This document shows positions 63,887 to 64,000 of a stretch of 64,000 bases of DNA, one piece after another. The stretch is from the sequence record PV611058.1; one strand, given 5' to 3'. The notes beneath the pieces are model-generated. The model did no database searches, had not been told where the DNA came from, and worked only from the letters and a program-made list of their open reading frames with translations. The translations under genes were made by a program, and so were the position numbers. Within the stretch, counting starts at the first letter, position 1; every line of letters starts with the position of its first letter.

Positions 63887-64000
63887 TTATTCGCCCATAT
63901 AGATTAGATTATCATCGCCTACATAGGGATCGCAAACGTTGATTTCTTCGCAGTACTTCGTGAATACATCGCCATAGTGACCTAAACCACGATCCCAAAA
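63887..64000 (-). CDS. 3' end of a hypothetical protein (partial)
   Basis: manual translation ...FWDRGLGHYGDVFTKYCEEINVCDPYVGDDNLIYMGE*. Confidence 0.65.
   Translation of the reverse strand, partial: FWDRGLGHYGDVFTKYCEEINVCDPYVGDDNLIYMGE

Noticed and set aside
1-64000. tRNA, rRNA, integrase, transposase, homing endonuclease, intron or intein
   Set aside because: No cloverleaf or recognisable catalytic motifs seen, and the ligase, Rnl1 and Pnkp have normal lengths. A tRNAscan or Infernal run would be needed to exclude these formally.

Overview
64 kb of an AT-rich, very gene-dense large (probably jumbo) dsDNA lytic phage genome. Every credible gene lies on the minus strand. Gene content (ClpP, T4-gp30-like DNA ligase, PseT-like Pnkp, Rnl1, NinI-like phosphatase) recalls Rak2/GAP32/PBECO4-type enterobacterial jumbo myophages, but this is inference, not a database result. 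1-23 kb: nucleic-acid repair and host-takeover enzymes (ClpP, two metallophosphoesterases, DNA ligase, PTH2-like protein, Pnkp, Rnl1, HxGH nucleotidyltransferase, N6-adenine MTase) among small unknown ORFs, plus a ~500 nt structured non-coding island at 20.9-21.4 kb. 25-54 kb: a tandem array of ~50 highly divergent proteins sharing only a short acidic EE-x-FQ-x-S-hydrophobic module (family A). 54-60.5 kb: 29 consecutive 65-95 aa paralogs with an LGT(N/D)xQE core (family B). 60.7-64 kb: a more GC-rich early region in which most genes have their own sigma70 promoter, often with a leader stem-loop (PeSL-like). The palindrome AGTACT is strongly over-represented window-wide. Counts were made by eye. 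A 77-N assembly gap lies at 44145-44221.
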